DNA of 40,089 nucleotides from Rotaria socialis (lineage: Eukaryota): positions 1-40,089 of the forward strand of contig CAJNYD010000141.1 in assembly GCA_905331295.1 (NCBI GenBank). The letters run 5' to 3'. The position numbers and the translations under genes are program-made. A model generated the notes under the pieces. It did not search any database, was not told the origin of the DNA, and was given only the letters and a program-made list of their open reading frames with translations. Shown here one piece after another: positions 1 to 13,371 of the stretch. Position 1 is the first letter of the stretch, and every line of letters begins with the position of its first letter.

Positions 1-2372
1 CCCCTTCGAATGATTGATTTTTTTAGTTTTTCTATCCTGCCTATATACTCGTTTTTTTTCTTATGTACGTCTCGTCCATTCCTTTCACAATCTCTTTCTG
101 CTTAAATCCATTGTAAATGTAATTGAATAACACTGTAAACGTAATTGAATAACGCTTAACTTAACTAATATACATATGTATGTGGCATGTGAACAGCAGT
201 GTATACTTTGATAGATTTCAATTCTTTTTCATTCACATTGTTTTCTCTTCACGAAGAGTCAACCGTTCGATTCTATTCATAACTGAATAAACATACAGTA
301 CTTTTTATGGGCAAAGATTTTATCGCAAATTGTCATCTATTACCATTAAGTATTGACAGTGATGACATTAATGAAGAATCTGATTCTGATATCAGTTCAA
401 TTGATTCTGATATCGAAGTTAATGATACAGAACTGGTAAATGATGATTTTATACGACTTAATCTTAGCAACAACGAGCACGGTAGTGAAGATGAACCTGA
501 AAATTTATCTGATTCAAATAATAATGAAGAAATCATTTGCCTTAACCAATCGTCAACTTCTTCAACATCGAAAACAAAAATTGTTGCTACTGAACATAAA
601 CGTCGGCAAAGGAATTTTGCAGAAAAGCTGAAAATTATTTCCGAATTCAATAAAGGTGTTTCTTTACATGCACTCGAATTTAAGTATAAATGTACAAGGA
701 AAATGATACGTGAATGGAAGAAAAATGAAAATCAGCTCATCAAGGTGGTAAAAGATAAAGGTGGTAAAGGTAAAAAACGTAAACGACTTGATGGTGCCGG
801 TGCGAAGCTGGTCTATTGTGATTTGGATGAACATCTAATTAAATGGTATCGATCCAAGAGAGGTGAGGATCAAGAAGACATTAATGTTCGTAAAGATAAA
901 GTAACATTCAAAGGTATGGGAAGACTGGAAAAAAATTGTACAGAAACCAACACCAAAGAACCATCAATGAAATGGTATACAATATTCTTGAAAAGACAGA
1001 TTATCATTGCAAAAGCCGGTAAGAAAACAAAAGATTTCTCTTCCGGAAGCTCATTTATTAATTGAAAATTTTCATTCATTTGTACGACGATCCGGTCAAT
1101 TTGGTCCACGGCGTGGTGTCATGGGATGTTTTGTTGAATCCGATATTTGCAACATGGACGAGTCACCGTTAAATTTATGGGGCGATCAGTCAAATCGCTG
1201 TATCAACGACATTAATACCGAAAACGAAATTGAAGGTCATCTTGACGATAAACGTTTTGCAACAGTTATTTTGTGTGTGTTTCCTGAAGGTAATGATCGA
1301 GTTAAACCTGTTCTTTTATTTAAAGGTAATGGAAGAGTTGCTGCTGCAGAAGAAAAATAATATGCGCCAGGTGTAAAAGGTGTTTTTACTCCAAAAGCGG
1401 TTATTAACATATCAACTATGAATAAATATATGGATTGGTGGTTTGAAAAAGTCAAGGATGGTAACCGTAAACTTTTTATTACTGATAGCTGTAAAAGTCA
1501 TTTACATGATGATACGAAAAAACGAATGCGAGGTAATGGTGTCTGTTTGGCTATTATTCCAAAAGGTTGTACTCAATATATTCAACTTTTAGATGTATAT
1601 GTATTTTCGTCTTTTAAAAATCATTTTTACGACTGTGCAGAAGAATTTCTTGAACTCAATGGACCTCGATCAAAATTGAAATTAACATCTTCTCAAAGAC
1701 GTATATTATGTACTAGATTAACTTCGTCACCATGGGCTCGTACTTTACAATCAATTGATTTTCAAAATGCATTTCGTTCATTAGGTTATACTTGGATAGA
1801 TAATGCGATTATCCAACCAAGTCACATCAAATGGTACAAATTCGATCCAAATTCTATTGAATCGATTGAAGCAGAGATTGATGATCAAAATCATGTTGTA
1901 GAAAAACAACAACAGGTGATTGTTAATGCAAATTCGACAATGAAAACTCAACATAAACAACTAAGCTTGAAGGACATGTGGAAAAAGTGAAATATATTTT
2001 TTTGTTTTGATGGTGTGAAATGATATCATTTTATTAAAGATTTGTTTTTTTCTTGTGAAAAATGTATCTATATTTAATTGTCATTTAATCATATTCTATG
2101 TGGTTACTTACATTTTATAATAAAAATAGTTTTGTGAAATATTCTTTTATTATAAAATATTGCCTTTAGTTGGGGACAATAGCGGAAATAGATCCAAGAA
2201 TTCTTTAAAACAATATAAAGAACGTAAAAAGATTTATAGAAACCATAGAACTGGGAGTAGAATAAAAAAAACCCTATTTTTTTAAGGACAGAATAGAAGA
2301 CCCCCTTTTAGCTCATAAACAATAAGTCAGAATAGAAGACCCGGGGTCTTTTAATGTGTCGAGGGCTTTACT
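1..2372 (+). mobile_element. pogo-family (Tc1/mariner superfamily) DNA transposon, left end lies just outside the window
   Basis: Contains a degenerate transposase. The right end has two direct copies of CAGAATAGAAGACCC (2289-2303, 2328-2342) and a palindrome AAGACCC-G-GGGTCTT (2336-2350), and ends ...GTGTCGAGGGCTTTACT followed by TA. The window starts with CCCCTT, which resembles the tail of the same subterminal motif. Confidence 0.8.
307..1990 (+). pseudogene. Disrupted pogo-like transposase (HTH + CENP-B-like HTH + DDE_1 domain, DD35D)
   Basis: Three consecutive ORFs (307-1065, 1007-1360, 1418-1990), joined by a frameshift near 900-1010 and an in-frame TAA at 1358-1360. Motifs seen: RxxIREWKK HTH, GAGAK..LDEHLIKW, NMDES (first D), ITDSCKSH (second D), IPKGCTQYIQLLDV (third D, 35 residues after the second). 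Confidence 0.88.
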
Positions 2373-3086
2373 TAAAAGTACTTTTAGGTACCTTTTAGGT
2401 ACTCAGGTAGGTACCCTGCTGGAAAACAACTAGTAAATGAGTACTTGAAGGTACTGATCAAGTACTCAACTGGATACTATTGCATGGTATGCTTAGCTAC
2501 CCTGTTACCAAAATTGTAGTACGTTGATGGTCGAACCTAATCTTCGAACTTTTTCATTTTTTTTCTCTCAAAACAATTTATTAAATTTTTTTCGGTATTA
2601 TTTAATTTAATTTTTCCAATCCTGAAAACTCTAGCAGGTCAAATTTCGGGATCTGACCGGGCTTGATTTGGTCGAATTTCCATCCTACCACTTCAGGGTA
2701 GTCCGATCTTAATTTACGATTAAGATCGGCATGTTCTCCACTAATAAATAGTCAAGAAATAATCTAGAAAAAAAATATGAAAAAAGTTTATTTTCTGATG
2801 GTTCACCGAGTTGTTTATAAGGAGCTGTTCACGCGAAATAAAACGGTGAATGAACAGACGCCACACAGAACGCGAAAAATCTAGGGTACCCTGTAGAGCT
2901 TTCCTCAGTAAAATTACAGAAGCGGGTACTCATACAAGTACTGCTTCAGCGAAACATACTGCTATGGGTACCCAATGCAGTACCTACAACAGTCTGGTTA
3001 CTGAGAATTTTCTAAGTACACTTAATAGGTACCCTGGTGTGGCTTTCTTAGTATGTGGGTACCCTGAACCCAGTACATTCCCTAGG
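2373..3086. mobile_element. GTAC-rich non-autonomous element (MITE-like), right part; apparently interrupted by the pogo element
   Basis: Dense GGTACC/AGTACT/GTAC palindromic motifs at 2375-2525 and 2881-3080 flank a different core. It ends in CCTAGG (3081-3086), similar to the CCTGGG terminus of the next MITE. Confidence 0.5.
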
Positions 3087-3818
3087 AGTTCAATCAGATT
3101 TATTATTTTTCAATAATCGAATTTAGAATACTTTTCAATGATATCAAATGAACATTGTAGCATTGCCAGACTATAACTGTTAATCTCTCTTTAATGATGT
3201 CATATAAATCTATTCATAATTTAAATGAAACCAGAAAATTCTTGTTAGAGAAAATTCCTAATTTCATCGGACGCTTCTGAGTTCTAGATATTACCTCAAG
3301 AAGTTCAATAAAAAAACGAATGATCGAGATGAGCCGTATGCATAGCTTTCTATACTTACGAATATATACAATATAAACATTACTCTTTCTTATAGACTGA
3401 GAAAGATTTCGATCGATTTTGTGATGTTTTTCATCGATATGGTGAGGGTATGTGTGTGAGTATGCGTGTAGAGCTCATCTTCAAAAATATCCACATCCAC
3501 ACCCATAATTTATCTCAGTCAAATAGAATAAATAAATAGATCTAAGAAAAACTATTTATTGAAACAAAAAAGGAAGAAAGAAATGATTTAGAAGTAACTA
3601 AATTTTTTTCCATTCTCATCCTTCGTTGAATAAGAAAATACACAATATCTTTGTACTTCAATAGACGTCGCGTAATTCTGAACATTTGCTTATAATGGAA
3701 TTCTTTTGGCACGTTTGGCTAATAGAATGAGTGAAAAGATTTTTATGAGTAAGATTTTGATAATAATTCTATATAACTACATTTAATGACTACTCTAGAA
3801 GCGAAATAAATGCGAGGT

Positions 3819-4177
3819 TCCAGGAGAATGATTCCGACAGTAGGATCCTATCGGATTCGTGTCGGAATCTTATCGAATACAGTGTGGATTCCATTAAACC
3901 GACGAAATCCTATCGGAATCCCAGTTTGGGACCTACAATCTGAACCCTAGTGTTGGAATCCGATAGGTTCCAATGTCGGAATTTATCGGAATCTAACATA
4001 AGCATTCGACCCATGTGTTCTGTTGGCACCATATGCTTATTCATTGGTAATTAAGAAAATGTTTTTTCTGTCGGATCCTTTTGTAGGTCCTAGACCCGGA
4101 AACTGATCTGATTTTGTCGGCTATTGTAGGATCCCATGAGATTCGATAGGATTCACTATTGGATTCATTCACCTGGG
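3819..4177. mobile_element. MITE with (C)CCAGG...CCTGGG termini and 2-bp TSD (CMC/EnSpm-like)
   Basis: Left end TCCAGGAGAATGATTCCGACAGTAGGATCCTATCGGAT matches the reverse complement of the right end, CCCAGGTGAATGAATCCAATAGTGAATCCTATCGAAT. Flanked by GT on both sides (3817-3818, 4178-4179). The interior is full of GGAATC/GATTCC/TCGGA motifs. Confidence 0.75.
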
Positions 4178-4818
4178 GTATTACAATGAAGCCAGTGCTG
4201 ATACATTTGTTCACTAAAAAGGAGCTTTAATTTATTATTAGACTTACAAAAAATATTCATTTTAATTTATTTAGATGATAATACAATTATTTTTATTCAT
4301 GTTGTCGCAGCAGTTTGCCCTCAAGCATCGAAGAATCTATTTAACAAATAGATCGACAGAGATTTTATATAATCTATAGACTTTAGCAGATCTCTGACAA
4401 GTATGACTTGAATATTTACGTATTATTCTTGTTCTTAATAAATTAGATCGTTTACAAAGCCTTTTCGAAATATTTATGTGAAACAAAACAGAGAACATTC
4501 TCTTGTAGGTTAATATAATAAAATAACATATTCGATTACTATCAGTTAAGGAGAATTAAGATGTCAACGTCGACAAGAAATTACTGTGTAAAAAATACAA
4601 AGTTAACTCGATAGATTTTTGTAATAGTTAAACTACCATGCACCATCGCATTTTCACGTTTCCTAGTAAAGCCTCGACACCGTTTCAAAAGCCTACAAAT
4701 CGTAGGTTTTCCTTTTTTCATGTTAATAGAATATGAGATAACCAAAACATTTGTAATTCATATACTTTATTTCAACAATGAAAGAGCTATTTTATTTACA
4801 TTCGACGTCTAAAATAGC

Positions 4819-6138
<1,320 letters not shown>

Positions 6139-6208
6139 TTTCTTTCAATTGTATAGTTCTTTTTAATTGTTTGCAATTGTACAATGATTCTCATATGAAA
6201 GACGGCTA

Positions 6209-6384
6209 CCTTTTATATAGTTTGATCGAATAAATATTTTGCCATTTATAGTTTGGTTGATTTTGCATGACCATATAAGATATATTTTGTTTTCAATGTT
6301 TTATCGATTGAGTCATTGAAGTGAAGTTGTGCAATATCGTTTTGAAAACTAGGTGAAAGGTAAAGTGAAGCATACCATAAAAGG
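6209..6384 (-). promoter_or_regulatory. Actin A promoter: TATA box and CArG (SRF) boxes
   Basis: Minus-strand CTATATAAAAGG at 6209-6220. Perfect CArG CCATAAAAGG at 6375-6384. Near-CArG CCATATAAGA at 6271-6280 and CCATTTATAG at 6242-6251. Confidence 0.7.
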
Positions 6385-6440
6385 CAATAATGCTCGACAG
6401 ATCGATCTTAGTAAATAAAATATATTTGCTTGTTAGGAAG

Positions 6441-6913
6441 CAGAGGCGTGCGACCCGCGGGTTGGACCCCGTGGGGTTCGTAAGATTTGCGGGATCGGCG
6501 TGGCGGGTCGCAAATTTTTACAAAACTGCGGGGTTGACGGATTGCGGGTAATGATTCACTGACGGACGAGCGGGGCGAGTATAGATTTGCACGGATTCGG
6601 GCGGGTCAAGATTTTCCATGTGGCGCGATGAAGGGTCGTAAAAAAGTGTGGGTGTGGGTGTCATTAGAAACATGAAGTAAATGGACGCCACCTCCACCCT
6701 CAAGCCATCTACTCCACACTTTTGTCTCAGATTTTTTGTTAAATATAAAATTTCTTCGGCTTATACGGACGGGGCGAGTGTTTTTTTTTACGGGACCGAG
6801 CGGAGCGAGGGAGTTTATGCAATTTAACTACGCGGGGATCGGCGGGATGGGTGCTGGAAATTCGCGGAGCGAACCCCGCAGGGCACGAAAATTCCTTACC
6901 TCGCACACCTCTG
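6441..6913. mobile_element. GC-rich hAT-type MITE
   Basis: TIRs CAGAGGCGTGCGA (6441-6453) and TCGCACACCTCTG (6901-6913) match 12/13. 8-bp TSD TTAGGAAG / TTAGAAAG matches 7/8. Many internal GCGGG/ACGGG motifs. Confidence 0.85.
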
Positions 6914-7224
6914 TTAGAAAGTATGATCGTGCAACGTTTCTTCACGCATATTCTTAAACATTCAATTTTTAATTCGAAAACAAGAATCTTAATTCTACAC
7001 CGATTGACAGAATATTTGAGGTGTGATACAAATTTTCCTGTGAATCTGATATAAAGCGTGTCGAATATCAGACGTAAAAGTGACCTAAATCGGTATCAAA
7101 TTACGTTTGAATATGAGTAATATACAAACTCGAACAACGAATTCAGTTGATTTAGAAAACGCTTACAAGGCTCACAAGAAGAGCAGCTGTCCAATTCGAG
7201 TTCGAATATAAATGGAAAAAAGAA

Positions 7225-7276
7225 AAACTTAAACTAAAACTAAATCTATTCCTAGATTTAGTTTTAGTTTAAGTTT
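7225..7276. repeat. Perfect 24-bp inverted repeat with 4-nt loop
   Basis: AAACTTAAACTAAAACTAAATCTA-TTCC-TAGATTTAGTTTTAGTTTAAGTTT. Confidence 0.9.
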
Positions 7277-7317
7277 CCGATATATGCGACATGTGAATAC
7301 ATATATAACTCTACAAC

Positions 7318-7334
7318 CACACACACACACACAC
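7318..7334. repeat. (CA)n microsatellite
   Basis: CACACACACACACACAC. Confidence 0.8.
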
Positions 7335-7515
7335 CCTCACGTGTAGTTAGTGCAATGTATTTATTAAAAATTTATTCCAACGCGGATTATTTTATAGCTT
7401 TCGAAGCTCGATGATTTATATCGAAAAGAAATATCAGTTTTTGAAACTTTATTTTGAATACAAAACAAAAAAATCAGTATCTACATAAAAATAAAATATA
7501 TAAATAAATATTCAT

Positions 7516-8831
<1,316 letters not shown>

Positions 8832-8903
8832 TTTGTTTTGAATATGATAATGGAGTTGAATTAATTGAAGGTTGAATAGTAATATTATTTTCGATGTATG
8901 TTT

Positions 8904-9097
8904 CATTTATATAGGTGTATTAAGATAATTTCATTCATGCTATTTAAGGTAAATAGACTATGGCTATATCCATATAAGGTAATTCTGATGTGCTTTCTAC
9001 CATTACATATTATGTATCGGATGAATCATCAAGAGAAAATTGTGCAATATATTTTCACAGCTAGGTGAAAAGGTAAAGTGAAATATACCATAAAAGG
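8904..9097 (-). promoter_or_regulatory. Actin B promoter: TATA box and CArG boxes
   Basis: Minus-strand CCTATATAAATG at 8904-8915. Perfect CArGs CCATATAAGG (8970-8979) and CCATAAAAGG (9088-9097). Near-CArG CTATTTAAGG at 8940-8949. Confidence 0.72.
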
Positions 9098-9284
9098 AAA
9101 TTATTACCTGTCTTTCTCAATTTTATATTTGATCACATATCACTTTTGTCGCAAAACAAACTTTCATAGAGAAAAATTAGAGTGCTTCTACTGCATAATT
9201 GCGCATTGTTTTGACTCTCGTGTATAAGAAAAAAACAACTTGATTAATTTTATCAAAGAAACGAAATGGAATATTTTTATTTTT

Positions 9285-10073
9285 TTAAAATATAGTTAAC
9301 AAAGCAAAAACTCCATAAAATAATGCACAAGGATATGCAACAAGAATTTGCTGTCCAATCATTGCTAATGATGTCGCGAAAAGTTTCGAGGCTGATAATG
9401 AACACCATATGATAAATATTGACGCAACCATTAAACCAATTAATCCATTTAGTTGAAATAAAAACGATGAAAACGATAGAATAACCATTGGTAATAGACA
9501 ATAACCAAGTACGCTGGTTACAAATATACCTGAACATGGTTTGTCAGGTGATGTCATCATATTCAATAAACCATACATTCCAACAGTACCCAATGTAACA
9601 ATACCGTAAACATAACCAAAATGTATTTTACCCATTAATAAAAGACTACAAGCAAATGCAAGACAAAATACAAGTGGACCGGCAAGATCAACATCGCCCA
9701 TAATTGATATATCCGGCGTTGCAAATGGATTTAAAACAGATTTAGTTTTTTTATAGATATGATCGAAATTAATGCCTAATTCTTCAAGTAATGGTATTTC
9801 GTCGTCGTCATTATTTACTGGATTTACAGGTGGTGGAAGGAAATCATCTGGTCGATAAAATTGAGCTGGATTTCCTTGTGGATTTATATTGTATTGTGAT
9901 GGCATAAAATTACCGCTTGGGTAGGGTAGATGCGGCTGAGGAGGAGGAGGCCCATAGTGTTGCTGTTGTTGTTGTTGTTGCTGCTGTTTTTGGTGAAGTT
10001 CATAGGCTGTTGGTCCACCATATTGCTGATTGTAGGTAGAAGAATCTAAGAAACCTTGAGAGTTCCACGACAT
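9285..10073 (-). CDS. YIPF5: Yip1-domain protein, YIPF5/Yip1 subfamily (262 aa, intronless CDS)
   Basis: [69 protein letters not shown]-terminal polyQ/Pro region. Confidence 0.93.
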   Translation of the reverse strand: MSWNSQGFLDSSTYNQQYGGPTAYELHQKQQQQQQQQQHYGPPPPQPHLPYPSGNFMPSQYNINPQGNPAQFYRPDDFLPPPVNPVNNDDDEIPLLEELGINFDHIYKKTKSVLNPFATPDISIMGDVDLAGPLVFCLAFACSLLLMGKIHFGYVYGIVTLGTVGMYGLLNMMTSPDKPCSGIFVTSVLGYCLLPMVILSFSSFLFQLNGLIGLMVASIFIIWCSLSASKLFATSLAMIGQQILVAYPCALFYGVFALLTIF

Positions 10074-10168
10074 ATCTGAAAAAAAAACGAAAAACTGTTA
10101 TATTGATCAAGTTTATTATCGAAAAAAAACTTTAACAAAGCGAAAGACAACTAGAAAAACAATGTCGC

Positions 10169-11855
10169 CTATTTTTTTGCTGCACTTAAGCCGGCGCCAG
10201 CGTTAACTTTGAAATAGATAATATCTCCATCTTCAACAGTATAATTTTTTCCTTGTTGTCGATATTTTCCTTCTGCCTAAAAATTGAAATCATATTTTTA
10301 GTGAAGAGAAAAAAACGAATTTTTCTTCTATTACTTTAACTGCATTTTCGTTTCCAAATTCTTTGAAATCTTCATATTTCATAACTTCAGCCATAATGAA
10401 ACCTTTTTCAAAATCCGTATGAATGCGTCCGGCAGCATGTGGTGCTTTTGTAGCAACTTGAATAGTCCATGCTTTAACTTCATCTTTTCCGCATGTGAAA
10501 AAATAACATAATTGCAATGCTCGATAACCAGCCAGAATAATTTTTTCCAAGGCACTAAAAAATTTTTTAATAAAAAAAAACATATATACGAGTTCAAATA
10601 AAATCTCATTTACCTTGTTGCTCCTGTTTCTTTAATGACTTTTTCACGTTCTTCATCAGGTAAATCGACAAGACGATATTCATAATTAGCACTGAACGGT
10701 ATAACTGTCGCACCGGGATCATGTTCATCAATCCATTGTTTGACTTTTCCTAACCATTTATTTTTCTTCTTAATATAATCTTCTTCAGCCATATTTAATA
10801 GGTAGACCATTGGTTTTGATGTATTAAATAAATGTTTATTTAAAACGTCGATTTCTCTTTCGTTCCAATCACCAAAACGAACGCTACCTTTTTCTTCGCT
10901 TAACATATGTAATACTTTTTGTATTGTTTCCTATGGAGAAAAACAAAACATACATAAATCAATAAAACAAAAATTCTATATTACATGATCAAATTTTAAT
11001 GCTTTATCGTTTCCACGTACAGCTTTTTTTTCTAAATCGTCGGCAATTTTTTTTGTTAATTCAAGATCTTTTAATCTAGAATGAAATACTGAATTAAACG
11101 AAGCTCAAAACTAAATATATTCACTAACCTTAATTCATCATGAATGATCTCAATATCACGAATAGGATCGATATTTCCTTCGACGTGAGCTATATCAACT
11201 TCATCAAAAATACGAACCATATGAAATATGCCATCGCACGCTTTTATATGCGATAGAAATGCATTTCCAAGACCTATGATAAATACTATCTAGTATCGTT
11301 TGAAATACTGTATTATTTCTTACCTTGACCTTCACTGGCACCTTTAACTAGACCAGCAATATCAACAACCTATATTCAATAGAGAAATAAAACTATTTAC
11401 AAAACTAAAAAAATATTTTTATTTATTCACATTGAGAAATGCTGGTTGTTTGCTAGAAAACGAGACCAAGATAAAACTTTATGGATTATTAAATCAAATA
11501 ATATACCTTAATGGTTCATAATGATGACATAAGAAATCGAATCGTGCATCCGGTACTGGAACTCGACCTGAAAATGATAAGATGAAGTCAATGTTTGCTT
11601 TTTTATTTATTTAATATTACTTTCATTTGGATTGATGGTACAAAAAGGAAAGTTTTCCGCAGGTACACTAGATTTCGTTAGAATATTAAAAAATGTTGAT
11701 TTCCTGAAAAGACGTAATCAATAATGATTCAAAATCGAATAACATTATTCAACAAACCCAGCATTTGGTAAACCAACAATACCCATTTTTAGATTAGTAC
11801 CAATTCGGCCAATGAGTGGTTTTGGTTTGGCATCTTCTTTCTTTTTAGGTGGCAT
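10169..11855 (-). CDS. OLA1: Obg-like ATPase 1 (YchF family), multi-exon
   Basis: Spliced reading gives [95 protein letters not shown] and [14 protein letters not shown]. Stop TAG at 10171-10169. Confidence 0.96.
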
Positions 11856-12158
11856 CGTTTTTTCACTAGAAAATATGATCTGAAAACAAAATTATTGCTA
11901 TTAGTAAATTGAATAGTTTTCATAGTTGAACTTCGTTAGGGAACTATAAATAGTTTTGAATAAAATAAATTCCTATGACCTGCTATTTGATTTATATTTT
12001 TCGATGGTATAATATTCCCATGCAACAATTTTCTATCTAAACCGCAAAGAAATTCATTGCATAATGCAACAAAAAAACTGTACTGTATTCGTATTATATT
12101 TGTTTAAAAAAAAAAGCAAAAACCTTGAAAGAAATAGGAATGTGTCCAATAGAAAACT

Positions 12159-13126
12159 CTAAGCAATTTTTTTTGATGTTGTCAATATAGTACTTGTAGA
12201 AAGAGTAATTGATGGTGTCGTTGGATTAATATTGTTATCAGATACATGAAAAAATACTAGCATAATACAAACTGCCATTAATAAATGTAAGAAAAAAACA
12301 GCTAAAATTGACACAGTACTAAAACGTTTGTGATCAGCATTAATTGTTGGCCAGAATGTAACAATTAAAACACTGCCACTTATAATCGACGCTAGTATTG
12401 TTGATGTCCATTGTAACCAACCAATCGGTATGATCCATAAAATTGAGATCGGTATAAATATAGTTAAACTATAACCATAAATACAAAGTAATTCAAGAAA
12501 TGTATATTCAATACGATTTAAACGCCAACGAAAGAAAAAATATATTGATGTTGGCATCATCCACCAATAGAAACAAACAAGCTATTCATAAACAATAAAA
12601 CATGTCTAGATATATTACAGTGAGAAGAGTATTTTGTTTGACTTACAATAGCTGATAAAGTAATTTTTGAGAAATCAATTTGAAATTCAGCATCAGATTG
12701 ATGAAAATAATTTACTATATTTCCACTGATCGCAACAGTTACAATAAATGTTACACAAACCCAAAATGGCCCATATAAATCAGGATTTTGTCGAATAGTT
12801 GAATCGAAATAAGATTTATTTGGTCTGGGCGTCATGGAACCAATTAAACGCTCGAGAACTTGTTGAGTATCAACTTGAAAATATTTTTGATAATATTCGA
12901 TTTGCCACATATGATATTGTTCAGGTGCTGACTCATTGGCAGTGGCCGGCAATGGAAGGGCATATTTGTCTGAGTCAGATTGTTGTTGTGTTGTTGATTT
13001 ATTTTCCGGTCGTTCATCATCAACATCTACCGCAGAATTGGGAAAAGATGTAAAGACATGTGTTTGGCGTGCATTTGCAGACGAAGCATTATTATCAGTT
13101 AGAAATCCATCACTCGAAAACATCAT
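12159..13126 (-). CDS. YIPF1: Yip1-domain protein, YIPF1/YIPF2 subfamily (300 aa); exons 13126-12647, 12581-12159
   Basis: WQIEYYQKYFQVDTQQVLERL, IRQNPDLYGPFWVCVT, LELLCIYGYSLTIFIPISILW. One 65-bp GT-AG intron keeps the frame. Confidence 0.88.
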
Positions 13127-13238
13127 TATGATAAAGATAATGAAAGTAAACGATTTGATGACGTTGTACATTGCATTTCAAAATTTACTTTTCTATCGAT
13201 ACTATTGGATGAAATCGTCCAATAGAATTCAAACTTGT

Positions 13239-13318
13239 GTTGTCCACGAGCGACAATTGCACAGAGAATCAAATGAAATTGCTTAGTAACACAAATCTAT
13301 GATAGTCGTCAATGGAAC
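13239..13318. promoter_or_regulatory. Bidirectional promoter with X-box (RFX)-like motifs
   Basis: 245-bp head-to-head gap between ATGs at 13126 and 13372. It contains TTGCTTAGTAAC (13279-13290) and GTCGTCAATGGAAC (13305-13318), which resemble the GTNRCC-N-RGYAAC consensus. Confidence 0.4.
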
Positions 13319-13371
13319 ATATTTTGAATTGTTGTTGTTTGTAGATTTCCTTTTCTTATCGACAGCAAAAA

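Noticed and set aside
333..1455. ORFs 333-650, 440-631, 870-1109, 1237-1455
   Set aside because: Antisense or alternative-frame shadows of the transposase, with no recognisable motifs
2850..3116. 88-aa ORF
   Set aside because: Lies in the GTAC-rich repeat and shows no protein features
3443..3506. Telomere-like TGAGGG / CCACAC motifs (also 7331-7340 and 17627-17637)
   Set aside because: Only one or two degenerate units, and no associated retroelement ORF
3819..4177. CRISPR-like array from recurring GGAATC/GATTCC motifs (also the GTAC motifs at 2375-3080)
   Set aside because: The motifs are short, degenerate, in both orientations and lack regular unique spacers. TIRs and a TSD explain the region as a MITE. 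There are no cas genes and the context is eukaryotic.
6518..7054. Four short ORFs
   Set aside because: By-products of the GC-rich MITE, where stop codons are scarce
8832..8906. 25-aa N-terminal extension of actin B in the ORF track
   Set aside because: The upstream ATG overlaps the TATA box. ATG 8831 gives the same 403-nt exon as actin A.
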